Shown here one piece after another: positions 32,622 to 42,190 of a stretch of 64,000 nucleotides of DNA. The stretch is taken from assembly GCA_041687695.1 (NCBI GenBank), contig JAWLBL010000002.1:294761-358760 (forward strand). Direction: 5' to 3'. This stretch comes from Myxococcota bacterium (GTDB taxonomy: Bacteria; Myxococcota_A; UBA9042; PHBI01; JAWLBL01). Numbering within the stretch: the stretch's first letter is position 1; every line of letters begins with the position of its first letter. Under the pieces are notes generated by a model. That model did no database searches, was not told the origin of the DNA, and saw only the letters and a list, made by a program, of their open reading frames with translations. A program made the translations under genes and the position numbers.

Positions 32622-33626
32622 GTGGGTGCGACGAGGTGGGCGCTGGCGGCGGGCGTGATGGCGGGCCTGACCGCCTGCGGCGGGACCGGGCTGAACCCCG
32701 ATCAGGCCATCTTCGAGGCGATCGCCATCGCCAAGCGGGCCAAGCAGGGGCGAGCGGCCAGCGCGCCGGTCGCGGGGCCGGCCGAGCTGCGCGCGCCCGA
32801 GGAGGCGACGTGCCCGCTCGGGCTGGTGGTGACCGCCGACGCGCCGGACGTGGTGTGCCAGTGCCCCGGGCAGCACGCGACCCAGGTGGTCTTCGAGAAG
32901 GGGCGGTGCGAGGCGCTCGAGGCCCTCGAGGGCCGGCTGCCGTGCCCCGAGGGCGCGCGGGCCGTGGCCGATCCGGAGCGGGTCAGCCTGTGGTGCGAGC
33001 GCGCGGACGGCACGCTGGACGGGCCGACCGTGCAGTACTGGCCGTACGGGCCGCCGCGCCTGGCCGGGTACTACTTCGGCGGGCGGCGCGAGGGCACGAC
33101 GGTCGGGTGGCACGCCAACGGGCGGCGGCACTGGGTCGGCGAGCTGGTCGACGGGGCGCCGGACGGGGGCTGGGATTGGTTCGACGCCGAGGGGCGGCCG
33201 GTCGGGTCGGTCGAGCTGGTCGGCGGCTCGGGGGCCTGGGTCGAGTGGGGGCCCGGGGGCGAGAAGCTGATGGAGGGCGCCTACCTGGACGGCAAGCGCC
33301 ACGGGCAGTGGCAGGTGTGGGGGCGCGACGGGCGGGTCGTCGGGACCAACACGCTCGAGCGAGGCACCGGGACGTGGCGGCAGTGGGACGAGGCCGGTCG
33401 GCTGGTCAGCGAGGCGACGCTGGTCGGGGACGTGCACGACGGGCCGTTCAAGGCCTGGGACGCGGACGGCTCGCTCGAGGGGATCTTCGCCCAGGGGGTG
33501 CGGGTCGGCCGGTGGCTGCAGCGCGACCCGGGCGGCGCGCTGTTGGCGGGGGCCTGCTATCGGGCGGGGCAGCAAGTGTGGCTGGCCGAGGGGGCCGACG
33601 AGGCGACGACGCGGCCCTGCCCGTGA
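32622..33626 (+). CDS. Lipoprotein with MORN-variant (YwqK-like) repeats
   Basis: GGAGG SD; lipobox LTAC; repeated G.Y.DGKRHG.W..W / GTW..WDE.G units. Confidence 0.8.
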   Translation: MGATRWALAAGVMAGLTACGGTGLNPDQAIFEAIAIAKRAKQGRAASAPVAGPAELRAPEEATCPLGLVVTADAPDVVCQCPGQHATQVVFEKGRCEALEALEGRLPCPEGARAVADPERVSLWCERADGTLDGPTVQYWPYGPPRLAGYYFGGRREGTTVGWHANGRRHWVGELVDGAPDGGWDWFDAEGRPVGSVELVGGSGAWVEWGPGGEKLMEGAYLDGKRHGQWQVWGRDGRVVGTNTLERGTGTWRQWDEAGRLVSEATLVGDVHDGPFKAWDADGSLEGIFAQGVRVGRWLQRDPGGALLAGACYRAGQQVWLAEGADEATTRPCP

Positions 33627-33629
33627 GGC

Positions 33630-34127
33630 TCAGGCGGCCGGCTCGCTGGCCGCGGCGGCGATGCGAGGGTCCTGCGGGCCGGCGACGGGGACGACCTCGA
33701 CGCCGTGGTCGATGAGGTACTGGCAGCCGTTGGCGCCCGCGTAGCCGCCGTCGACGACGAGGACGCGGCTGATGCCGGCGTGGTGCAGGATCTTGGCGCA
33801 CATCAGGCACGGCTCGCCGGTGACGATGAGCCAGGCGCCGCGGGTGGGCACGCCGTTGGCGGCGGCGTTGCAGATGACGTTCATCTCGGCGTGGTGGCAG
33901 CCGATCTCGATGCGGGTCCCCGAGGGGATGTGCATCGTGTCGCGCAGGCACACGTCGCCGCCGCAAAGGGCGCCGCCGCCGCGGGGGCCGCCGTTGTAGC
34001 CGTCCATCAGGATGACGTTGCGGGCCGGGTCGATGAGCAGGGCGCCGAAGGTGCGGCGGGGGCAGTTGGAGGCCTTGGCGAGCGCGAGGCACTGCTCGAT
34101 GCGGATGCGGATGTGCTTTTCCTTCAC
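33630..34127 (-). CDS. dCMP deaminase family protein
   Basis: S.C.RR..GA, GYNG.P.G, HAE.N, PCLMC zinc motifs. Confidence 0.9.
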   Translation of the reverse strand: MKEKHIRIRIEQCLALAKASNCPRRTFGALLIDPARNVILMDGYNGGPRGGGALCGGDVCLRDTMHIPSGTRIEIGCHHAEMNVICNAAANGVPTRGAWLIVTGEPCLMCAKILHHAGISRVLVVDGGYAGANGCQYLIDHGVEVVPVAGPQDPRIAAAASEPAA

Positions 34128-34250
34128 GGTCCCAGCTCTCGGGTCGGGGGCGCGGCCGCGTCGCCAGGGGGCGGCGGCGCCGGGAGGCCGGCGCAGAGTA
34201 CGACAGGCGCCGGCCGAGACAAACCGGCGCGTGACGCGTACGATGCCGGC

Positions 34251-34592
34251 ATGCGTTACTTCGCCGTCATCATGAGGGACGGGCCGGGTGCCTTGAGCAG
34301 CGTCGTGGTCGAGGCCGAGCGGCACGCCGAGGTGGGCGCGGCGCACCTGTTCCACAAGGACGACCGGCTGGTGTACCGCTGTCCGGCGGCGTTCGTGGCG
34401 GACGTGGTCGGGCACGGGACGCGCGGCGAGGCCGAGCGGGCGGTGCGCGCCCACCGCGAGCGGCTCGCGGGGGCCGCGACCATCCACGTGCACGAGGCGG
34501 CGTCGCCGACCGGGCGGCGGCGGCGGCGCTCGGGGGACGGGACGGCGAACTTCGCCGAGGGCATCCGGATCGTGGTCGACGAGGGCCGCTGA
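34251..34592 (+). CDS. Hypothetical protein (113 aa)
   Basis: GC3-biased frame; TACGAT 6 nt before the ATG. Confidence 0.65.
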   Translation: MRYFAVIMRDGPGALSSVVVEAERHAEVGAAHLFHKDDRLVYRCPAAFVADVVGHGTRGEAERAVRAHRERLAGAATIHVHEAASPTGRRRRRSGDGTANFAEGIRIVVDEGR

Positions 34593-34609
34593 GCGGCGGG
34601 GAGGGACGG

Positions 34610-35212
34610 GTGGGCGAGCGCTACGACGAGATCCTGGAGTTCTGGTTCGGGCCGCTGCAGGACGAGGCCACCCTGGACACCAGCCGGATGCAGATGTGGT
34701 TCCAGGGCGGGCCCGAGCTGGACCAGCGGATCCGCGAGCGCTTCGGCGCGCTGCACGACGAGGCGGCGCGCGGCGAGCACGACGCCTGGGCCGCGACGCC
34801 CTTCGGGCGCCTCGGGCTGGTCGTCGTGCTGGACCAGTTCTCACGCCACCTCCACCGCGACTCGGGGCAGGCGTTCGAGCAGGACCCCAAGGCGCTCCAG
34901 CTGGTGCTCGAGGGGCTCGACCTGGGGCACGACCGGCTGGTCTGGCCCATCCACCGGGCCTTCTTCTACCTGCCGCTCGAGCACAGCGAGGACCCCGAGA
35001 TGCAGGCCCTGTCCGTCGCCCTGTACGAGCAGCTGGCCCAGGACGCGCCCGCCTCGCTGAGCGAGCTGTTCGCCGGGTTCCTGGACTACGCCCGGCGGCA
35101 CAAGGTCGTCGTCGATCGCTTCGGCCGCTTCCCGCACCGCAACGCCGCCCTGGGCCGCGCCTCGACCGCCGAGGAGGAGGCGTTCCTGGCCAGCCCGCAG
35201 GCGCCGTTCTGA
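34610..35212 (+). CDS. DUF924 family protein
   Basis: ILEFWF, LDQFSR, FFYLPLEHSE, RFGRFPHRN..LGR.ST.EE. Confidence 0.92.
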   Translation: MGERYDEILEFWFGPLQDEATLDTSRMQMWFQGGPELDQRIRERFGALHDEAARGEHDAWAATPFGRLGLVVVLDQFSRHLHRDSGQAFEQDPKALQLVLEGLDLGHDRLVWPIHRAFFYLPLEHSEDPEMQALSVALYEQLAQDAPASLSELFAGFLDYARRHKVVVDRFGRFPHRNAALGRASTAEEEAFLASPQAPF

Positions 35213-35262
35213 GCGGGTAGCTGGCGCGGAGGACGGGGCGGCGGCTGAAGCTGAGGCTGGGG

Positions 35263-35586
35263 GACCGTGGCCATGGCCGGGGAGCCGTGGGCCCGTGATC
35301 CGAGGCTGTGGTCGTGGCCGTGGCCAAGGCCGTGGGCCGTGGCCGAGGCCGTGTGTCCGTGGCCGAGGCCGTGTGTCCGTGGCCGAGGCCGTGGTCCGTG
35401 GCCGAGGCCGTGGTCCGAGGCCGTGGTCCGTGGTCCGTAATCCGTGGCCGAGGCCGTGATCCGAGGCCGTGGCCGTGGCCGAGGCCGTGGGCCGTGGCCG
35501 TGTGTCCGAGGCCGTGGTCCGTGCCGTGACCGAGGCCTGGGGCCGTGTGTCCAAGGCCGTGGTCCGTGGCCGTGGTCCGAGGCCGA
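35263..35586. repeat. Degenerate tandem array of CCGTGG/CCGAGG-based units
   Basis: Includes tandem GGCCGAGGCCGTGTGTCCGT copies from 35341; no unique spacers; intergenic. Confidence 0.9.
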
Positions 35587-35621
35587 AGACGAGGGCGGGA
35601 TCCGAAATCGAACGTCGGCGC

Positions 35622-35704
35622 TTGACGCGACTTCGGGCAGGGAGTAGTGATGAGACCAGGTGGTCTGAGAGTGCGGTATGTGTCTTCGGTTCAACCGTCC
35701 GGTT
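35622..35704 (+). promoter_or_regulatory. Sigma70-like promoter with two TetR-type operator palindromes
   Basis: TTGACG-N17-TAGTGA; AGACCA-GG-TGGTCT (35653-35666) and AACCG-TC-CGGTT (35693-35704) upstream of the TetR gene. Confidence 0.6.
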
Positions 35705-35724
35705 CAGGCCCTGGGAGTGTTGAG

Positions 35725-36405
35725 TTGCCTCGTCCTCGCTTCGAGAACCTCGAGCCCGAAAAGCGCAAGGCGATCATCGACGCCGCCGCGCGGGAGATCG
35801 CCACGCACGGCTACGACGGCGCGTCGCTCAACGCGATCCTGGTGTCCGCCGGGCTCAGCAAGGGCGCGTTCTATTACTACTTCGACGACAAGGCCGACCT
35901 GTTCGTGACGGTCATGGCGGAGATCGAACGCGAGATGATGGAGGGGCTGCGGGACTTCCAGCCGCCCACCGGCGACGGGTTCTGGAGCATGCTCCACCGC
36001 AAGCTGGACTTCGTGATGGCCGAGGTCGACGCGCGGCCCTGGCTGCTGACCATCGGGTCGGTGGTGTTCCGGCTGTCGGACGACGCCAAGAAGCACCCGG
36101 CGCTGGCCACGCTGGCGGACCGGTTCCAGGGGCAGATGGAGGCCTTCATCGCCGCGGGTCAGGCGGTGGGCGCCATCCGAGACGACGTGCCGCAGAGCGC
36201 GCTGCTGGCGCTGCTGACGGCGATGGACCGCGCGATGAGCGAGTGGCTGGCCGACCACCACGGCGCGCTGAGCCGGTCCGAGCTGCGGCGGTTCCTCGAC
36301 ACGATGACCGAGATGTTCGAGCGCTTCGCGTCCCCGCCCGGACCGCCGCCCGAGGGGGCGGCCGGGGGCGCGGCGGAAGTCGACGACAGGGAGGAGACGA
36401 GATGA
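35725..36405 (+). CDS. TetR/AcrR family transcriptional regulator
   Basis: HTH GYDGASLNAIL..AGLSKGAFYYYFDDKADLF; TTG start after GGGAG. Confidence 0.92.
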   Translation: MPRPRFENLEPEKRKAIIDAAAREIATHGYDGASLNAILVSAGLSKGAFYYYFDDKADLFVTVMAEIEREMMEGLRDFQPPTGDGFWSMLHRKLDFVMAEVDARPWLLTIGSVVFRLSDDAKKHPALATLADRFQGQMEAFIAAGQAVGAIRDDVPQSALLALLTAMDRAMSEWLADHHGALSRSELRRFLDTMTEMFERFASPPGPPPEGAAGGAAEVDDREETR

Positions 36406-37181
36406 AGCTGTCGATGGGAGTCATGGGCCTCGTGGCGTTGGCCGCGGTGGCCTCGATCACCACGGGCGCGATCGCCGCCGAGCCGCTGCCGACCGTCGCG
36501 GACGTGTCGCGGCACCTCGACCAGATGTACCGCTCGAGGTCGTCCCACGGGACGATGACGATGAAGGTCGTCACCGAGCGCTTCACGCGCGAGATGAAGC
36601 TCGAGCAGTGGTCGCGGGGCGAGGAGCAGGGCCTGGTGGTCATCCGCGCCCCGGCGCGCGAGGCCGGCAACGCCAGCCTGCGCACCGAGGAGGGGCTGTG
36701 GAGCTACGCCGCGCGGGCCGACCGGCTGGTGCGCATCCCCTCGGGGCTGCTGAGCGAGAGCTGGATGGGCAGCCACTTCACCAACGACGACCTGATGCGC
36801 GAGAGCAGCTACGAGAAGGACTTCGAGAGCGTCGTCGAGCGGGTCGAGGAGGACGGGCGGTCGCTGCTGCGCATCCGGATGACGCCCCGCAAGGGGACGC
36901 CGATCGTCTGGACGCGGCTGGACTTCCTGGTGACCGACGAGCCCGGCGCGTGGCTGCCCGTGCGCATCGACTTCTTCGACGGCGACCGGGTGGCGCGGGT
37001 CATGCGCTACGAGGCCGTCAAGGAGATCGGCGGGCGGCGCATCCCGACGCGGCTCGTGCTGGCGCCCACCGACAAGCCCAAGGAGTCGACGACCGTGGTC
37101 TATGAGGCCATGACCTTCGACGCCAAGGTCGACGCCGACGTCTTCACGCCGCGCGGGCTGCGGCGGGCGGCGCAGCGATGA
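36402..37181 (+). CDS. LolA-like outer-membrane lipoprotein-sorting protein
   Basis: Signal peptide; APAREAG...L, LWSY, SWMGSHFTNDDL, FT.R.L; ATGA overlap with tetR. Confidence 0.85.
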   Translation: MKLSMGVMGLVALAAVASITTGAIAAEPLPTVADVSRHLDQMYRSRSSHGTMTMKVVTERFTREMKLEQWSRGEEQGLVVIRAPAREAGNASLRTEEGLWSYAARADRLVRIPSGLLSESWMGSHFTNDDLMRESSYEKDFESVVERVEEDGRSLLRIRMTPRKGTPIVWTRLDFLVTDEPGAWLPVRIDFFDGDRVARVMRYEAVKEIGGRRIPTRLVLAPTDKPKESTTVVYEAMTFDAKVDADVFTPRGLRRAAQR

Positions 37182-38449
37182 ACCTGCGGCTCGCGCTTCG
37201 CAGCGTCCTGAAGAACCGCTGGCGCAGCGCCTTGACGGCCGGCGGCATCGCGGTGGGCGTCGCGCTCATCGTGTGGCTGAGCGGCATCTCCGAGGCGATG
37301 CTCGACGTCATGGTGCGCGGCGCGACCAGCGCGCAGCTGGGGCAGGTGCAGGTCCACGACGTGGCCTACGCCGAAAAGCCCGGGCTGCACGACACGCTGG
37401 CCGACGACGACGCGGCGCTGGCGGCCCTGCGCGGGCTGCCGGGCGTCGAGGGCGCGGCGCGCCGCGTGCACGGCTATGGGCTCATCGGGCACGAGACGCG
37501 CTCGCAGGTGGCGCGCATCGTCGGGGTCGAGGCCGCGCACGAGCCGCGGGTGACCACGGTGGTCAAGGGGCTGGTGGCCGGCGATTGGCTGTCCGAGGCG
37601 CCGCCCGCGCCGCCCGCCCCGCGCGAGGTCGTGCTGGGCGACGGGCTGGCGCGGCTGCTGGACGTCGCGGTGGGCGACGAGCTGGTCGTCCTGCTGCAGG
37701 GGGCCGACGGCTCGCTGGGCAACGACCTGCTGACGGTGCGCGGCGTCATCAAGACCGGCAACGAGGGGCTCGACCGGTCGGCGGCGTGGATGCACAAGGC
37801 CGACGCGCAGTTCGTGATGGCGCTCGAGGGGCGCGTGCACGAGGTGGCCCTGCAGGTGACGCGGGACGCCAGCCCCGAGGCGGTGCGCGACGCGGCCCGC
37901 CGCGCGCTGTCGGGCGGCGCGCCGCTGAGCGAGGCGGGGGTCGCGGTGCGCACCTGGAAGGAGATCGTCCCGGAGCTGCACCAGGTCGTCGAGCTCTCGC
38001 GGCAGGGCGGGGCGGTCATGTACCTGTTCGTGTTCGTCATCGCGGCGCTGGGCATCCTGAACGCGCAGCGGATGAGCGCCCTCGAGCGGCGCCGCGAGTT
38101 CGGGGTGCTCATCGCCATCGGCACCGAGCCCAGGCGCCTGTTCGCGCAGGTCGTGCTGGAGGCCGTGGCCCTGAGCCTGCTGGGCGGGCTCGCGGGCGCG
38201 GGCTTCGGCGTCGCGCTGACGGCGTGGCACGGGTCGGCGGGCTTCGACATGGCGTCCTTCAGCCAGCAGCAGGGCGGGTTCTCGTACATGGGCGTGTCGT
38301 TCGCCGAGCGGCTGTACCCGGTCCTGGACTGGGCCGCGGTCGTCCCGCCCGTGGTCGCGGTCGCGGTCGTGGGCGTCCTGTGCGGGCTGTGGCCGGCGCT
38401 CGACAGCGCGCGCCTCGACGCGGTGCGCGCCATCTCGGGGAGGTCCTGA
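37178..38449 (+). CDS. ABC transporter permease (LolC/E-MacB/FtsX family)
   Basis: ALRSVLKN..RS.LT, large periplasmic loop, ERRREFGVL.AIG, P....RL..V.AI. Confidence 0.9.
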   Translation: MNLRLALRSVLKNRWRSALTAGGIAVGVALIVWLSGISEAMLDVMVRGATSAQLGQVQVHDVAYAEKPGLHDTLADDDAALAALRGLPGVEGAARRVHGYGLIGHETRSQVARIVGVEAAHEPRVTTVVKGLVAGDWLSEAPPAPPAPREVVLGDGLARLLDVAVGDELVVLLQGADGSLGNDLLTVRGVIKTGNEGLDRSAAWMHKADAQFVMALEGRVHEVALQVTRDASPEAVRDAARRALSGGAPLSEAGVAVRTWKEIVPELHQVVELSRQGGAVMYLFVFVIAALGILNAQRMSALERRREFGVLIAIGTEPRRLFAQVVLEAVALSLLGGLAGAGFGVALTAWHGSAGFDMASFSQQQGGFSYMGVSFAERLYPVLDWAAVVPPVVAVAVVGVLCGLWPALDSARLDAVRAISGRS

Positions 38450-38450
38450 C

Positions 38451-39692
38451 ATGTGGCGGCTCGCCTGGCGCAACCTGCTGCGCAACCGGACGCGGACCTT
38501 CATCACCGTCACGGCCATCGCCCTGAGCTACGGGCTGTTCCTGGTGTCGGCCGGCATCAACGCGGGCATGTACGCCAAGATGCTGAGGTCGGCGGCCCGG
38601 ACCGCCGGGGGCGACGTCCTCGTCCACGGCAAGGGCTATTGGGAGACGCGCGCCAGCGACGTCGTGCTGACGGACCCGGCGTCGGCGGTCGCCGCCCTCG
38701 AGCAGGTCGAGGGGGTCACCGCGGTCATCCCGCGGGTCGTGGCGAGCGGGCTCCTGTCGTCGCCGCGGGGCAACGCGGGCGTGCAGCTCAGCGGCATCGA
38801 CGTCGAGCGCGAGGCCGCCTTGCGCGACATGCGGCGCCATGCGACCCGGGGCGTGTTCTTCGGAGTCGAGCACGACGACCCCATCGTGCTCGGCACGCGG
38901 CTGGCGAGCGACCTGGGCGTCGACGTGGGCGATCGGGTCGTCCTGACCGGGACGGACCCGGCCGGAGAGATGGCGCGCCAGCTGTTCTACGTGACCGATC
39001 TGGTCGAGACCGGCAGCGCCATGGCCGACGGGGCCCTGGCCTACACCACCCTCGAGGCTGCCCAGCGCGCCCTCGGCCTGGGGACGGCCGTGACGCAGAT
39101 CGGGATCCTGACCGGCGACGGGCTGGCCCTCGAGGCGGTGCGCGACCGGGCCGCCCGCGCGCTGGGCGCCAGGGCCGAGGCCCTCGAGATCATGACCTGG
39201 AAGGAGGCCATGCCCGAGATGGTCGGCTTCATCGAGATGGACAAGTCCATGAACGTGGTCTTCTCGCTGGTCATCTTCCTCATCGTCGCCTTCGGCATCG
39301 CCAACACCTTTATGATGGCGGTGATGGAGCGCGTCCGTGAGCTGGGCCTGCTCAGCGCCATCGGCGTCGGGCCGTGGCGCATCGGCGGGCTGGTGCTGCG
39401 CGAGACCGTCCTGATGTGCCTCGTCGCCCTCGCGGCCGGGCTCGGGGTCGGGCTCGCGGGGCACGGCTACCTGGCGACCGAGGGGCTCGATCTCGCCGCC
39501 CTGATGGGCGGCAGCGAGCTGCAGGTCTCGGGCGTCGTGCTCGACGACATGATGATCTTCAGCCAGCTGGACCCGGTGGGCTGGGCCACCGCCGGGGCCG
39601 TCGTGCTCGGCCTCGTCCTGCTCAGCGCCCTCTACCCCGCCGTGCGCGCCACGCGCCTCGAGCCGGCCGCCGCCATGAGGACCTACGAATGA
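38451..39692 (+). CDS. ABC transporter permease (LolC/E-MacB/FtsX family)
   Basis: LAWRNLLRNR.RT, ERVRELGLL.AIG, LYPA.RA.RLEP..AMR. Confidence 0.9.
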   Translation: MWRLAWRNLLRNRTRTFITVTAIALSYGLFLVSAGINAGMYAKMLRSAARTAGGDVLVHGKGYWETRASDVVLTDPASAVAALEQVEGVTAVIPRVVASGLLSSPRGNAGVQLSGIDVEREAALRDMRRHATRGVFFGVEHDDPIVLGTRLASDLGVDVGDRVVLTGTDPAGEMARQLFYVTDLVETGSAMADGALAYTTLEAAQRALGLGTAVTQIGILTGDGLALEAVRDRAARALGARAEALEIMTWKEAMPEMVGFIEMDKSMNVVFSLVIFLIVAFGIANTFMMAVMERVRELGLLSAIGVGPWRIGGLVLRETVLMCLVALAAGLGVGLAGHGYLATEGLDLAALMGGSELQVSGVVLDDMMIFSQLDPVGWATAGAVVLGLVLLSALYPAVRATRLEPAAAMRTYE

Positions 39693-40429
39693 TCGCCACC
39701 GCCTCCGCCGCGACGGGCGCCGCCCCGGCCCCCGCCGCCGGCGCCCCCCTCATCACCGTCACCGACCTCCACCGCACCTACCGCCAGGGCGCCGTCGACA
39801 TCCACGCCCTGCGCGGCGTCGACCTGACCGTCGGCCAGGGCGAGTTCACCGTCCTGACCGGCCCCTCCGGCTCGGGCAAGTCCACGCTGCTCAACGTCAT
39901 CGGCTGCCTCGACAAGCCGACCGCCGGCCGCGTGGTCATCGACGGCACCGACGTGACCCACCTCGGCCGCAACGCGGGCGCCCGCTTCCGCCTGGCGCGG
40001 CTCGGCTTCGTGTTCCAGGCCTACAACCTCGTCCCGGTCCTGACCGCCTACGAGAACGCCGAGTACACGCTGGCCCTGCAGGGCGTGCCCAAGGCGCGCC
40101 GCCGCGCGCTGGTCGAGCCGCTGATGGCGCGCGTCGGCCTGGCCGATCTCATGCACCGCAAGCCCCACGAGCTCAGCGGCGGCCAGCAACAACGCGTCGC
40201 CGTGGTGCGCGCCCTGGCCTCGCGCCCGGCGCTGGTCCTGGCCGACGAGCCCACCGCCAACCTGGACAGCGCGACCTCGACCAGCCTGCTCGACCTCCTG
40301 CTCGAGCTGCAGGCCGAGCACGGCATCACCTTCCTGCTCGCCTCGCACGACGCGCTGCTGGTCGCGCGCGCCCGGCGCGTGGTGCGCCTCCTCGACGGCC
40401 GGGTCGATGCGGACGAGCGCCGTCCTTAG
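39689..40429 (+). CDS. ABC transporter ATP-binding protein (LolD-like)
   Basis: [36 protein letters not shown]. Confidence 0.93.
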   Translation: MIATASAATGAAPAPAAGAPLITVTDLHRTYRQGAVDIHALRGVDLTVGQGEFTVLTGPSGSGKSTLLNVIGCLDKPTAGRVVIDGTDVTHLGRNAGARFRLARLGFVFQAYNLVPVLTAYENAEYTLALQGVPKARRRALVEPLMARVGLADLMHRKPHELSGGQQQRVAVVRALASRPALVLADEPTANLDSATSTSLLDLLLELQAEHGITFLLASHDALLVARARRVVRLLDGRVDADERRP

Positions 40430-41648
40430 CCTGGGCGCGGCCGCCCTGCTGCTGGCCGCCGCGCCCGCGACCGCCGCGGTCCCGCTGGCCGAGGGCGAGC
40501 GCTTCGAGCTGACCCTGGGCGGCTACGCGCGCCTGCTCAACGGCCTCCAGCTCCCCGCGCTCGAGGACCCCACCGGCGCCCTCGTCCCCGACGCCATCGG
40601 CCTCGACAGCTCCATCGCCCGCCTCGAGTGGAAGGCCCGCTTCGGCGACGCCGTCACGGTCGAGCTGCACAACCGCTTCGCCTGGCAGCTCTCCAGCAGC
40701 GCCCTGGCCGGCGACGCGCTGGGCCTGGGCGCGACCCGCCCGCCCGACCGCACCGTCGATCTGTCGACCGTGCTGGTCTCCGAGGGCGGCGCCCGCCTCG
40801 AGCACGACCTCGACCGCGCCGTGGTCCGCCTGTTCCTGGGCGACCTCGATCTCGCGCTCGGCCGCCAGGCCATCACCTGGGGCACCTCGAACCTGTTCAC
40901 GGTGGCCGACGTCTGGGCGGCCTTCAGCCCGTTCGAGCTCGACACGTCGCAAAAGCGCGGCATCGACGCGGTGCGCGCCCTGACGACCCTCGGCGACGGG
41001 CTCGAGCTGGACGTGGTGGTGGCCGATCGCGGCCGCCTCGAGGACCTGTCGGCCGGCGCGCGCCTGACCTGGTACGCGGACTTCGGCGACGTGTACGTCG
41101 CGGGCGGAAAGGTCTGGGATCTGGCGCTGCTGATGGGCGGCCTGTCCACCGAGGTCGACGCCTTCAAGCTGCGCGGCGAGGCCTCGCTGCCCTACCGGCT
41201 CGACGCCGACCCCGGCCAGGACTCGGGCCTGCTGGCCCCCCGGGTCACCCTGGGCGCCGACTGGTTCCACGGGGATCTCGTGCTCACCGCCGAAGGCCAC
41301 CTCAACGGCCCCGGCGCCGACGACCCGGCCGACTACGTCGCGACGGCCAGCGACGAGCGGCACCTGCGCGGCGAGGTCTACCTCCTCGGGCGCTGGTACG
41401 CCGGCCTGGCCGCCTCCTACCAGCTGACCGAGCTGCTCACCGCCTCGTCGGCCGTGCTCGCCAACGTCGGCGACCCCAGCGCGCTCGCCACCTGGTCGCT
41501 GCGCTACTCGCTGAGCGAGGAGGCCGAGGTCTCCCTGGGCGGCTTCCACGGCGTCGGCGCCGCGCCGACCCTCGCCCCGCCCACCCTCGACAGCGAGCTG
41601 GGCGCCTACGGGCACCTGGTGTGGCTGCAGATGGCCGCCTTCTTCTGA
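40407..41648 (+). CDS. Probable outer-membrane beta-barrel protein
   Basis: Signal peptide; [12 protein letters not shown], alternating amphipathic strands, C-terminal Phe. Confidence 0.75.
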   Translation: MRTSAVLSLGAAALLLAAAPATAAVPLAEGERFELTLGGYARLLNGLQLPALEDPTGALVPDAIGLDSSIARLEWKARFGDAVTVELHNRFAWQLSSSALAGDALGLGATRPPDRTVDLSTVLVSEGGARLEHDLDRAVVRLFLGDLDLALGRQAITWGTSNLFTVADVWAAFSPFELDTSQKRGIDAVRALTTLGDGLELDVVVADRGRLEDLSAGARLTWYADFGDVYVAGGKVWDLALLMGGLSTEVDAFKLRGEASLPYRLDADPGQDSGLLAPRVTLGADWFHGDLVLTAEGHLNGPGADDPADYVATASDERHLRGEVYLLGRWYAGLAASYQLTELLTASSAVLANVGDPSALATWSLRYSLSEEAEVSLGGFHGVGAAPTLAPPTLDSELGAYGHLVWLQMAAFF

Positions 41649-41723
41649 GCCGCGCGCCGAGGGCCTCGCCAACCGACCGGCGCCGCGGCATCATGCGCCG
41701 GCACACCTCGGGAGGCCCCCTTC

Positions 41724-42188
41724 ATGCGTCAAGTCTTGTCCCTCGCGGTCCTGTTGACGGTCGCCTGCCTCGGCGGCGCGGCCCTGGCCGACGTCCCACC
41801 GCCGCCCGGCTACGTCGAGCAGTGCACGGTCGCAAAGCAGCAGAAGCGCGGCGCAGCCTGCGTCAGCTGCGGCGACGCCTACCACGGCGATCGCGACGCG
41901 TGCGAGCGGTCGCTCGCGCCCCAGGGCTACGAGCGCCGCTGCAAGACGCGGGGCGCCTCGGTCTGGACCGAGGTCTGGTGCCGGCCGGCCGCCGCCGCGC
42001 CCACCGAGCCGACCCCCAAGGAAGAGGGCAAGTCCGCGCAGGTCCAGCCCGCCGCCCCGGCCGACGCTCCCGCTCCGGCGCGCTCCTTCTGGGCGTGCGG
42101 TGTGGGCTCGCCCCAGGGGGCGTGGGGCGCCTGGGCGCTGGCGCTGCTGGCCCTCGGCTGGCTGCGACTGCGCCGCCGCCTCGTTTAG
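41724..42188 (+). CDS. Small secreted Cys-rich protein with a MYXO-CTERM-like sorting tail
   Basis: GGAGG SD; signal peptide; 7-Cys domain; Pro/Ala linker; C..G....W.LALLAL...RRR tail. Confidence 0.75.
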   Translation: MRQVLSLAVLLTVACLGGAALADVPPPPGYVEQCTVAKQQKRGAACVSCGDAYHGDRDACERSLAPQGYERRCKTRGASVWTEVWCRPAAAAPTEPTPKEEGKSAQVQPAAPADAPAPARSFWACGVGSPQGAWGAWALALLALGWLRLRRRLV

Positions 42189-42190
42189 GG

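Noticed and set aside
33630..35327. 565-aa deaminase (toxin-like long form)
   Set aside because: Only the last 165 aa are deaminase; the rest is antisense to two real genes.
35263..35586. Possible CRISPR array
   Set aside because: No constant repeat with unique spacers and no cas genes; it is a degenerate tandem array.
35086..35694. His/Gly/Pro-Arg repeat proteins across the tandem array
   Set aside because: They are translations of the DNA repeat, with no SD or coding bias.
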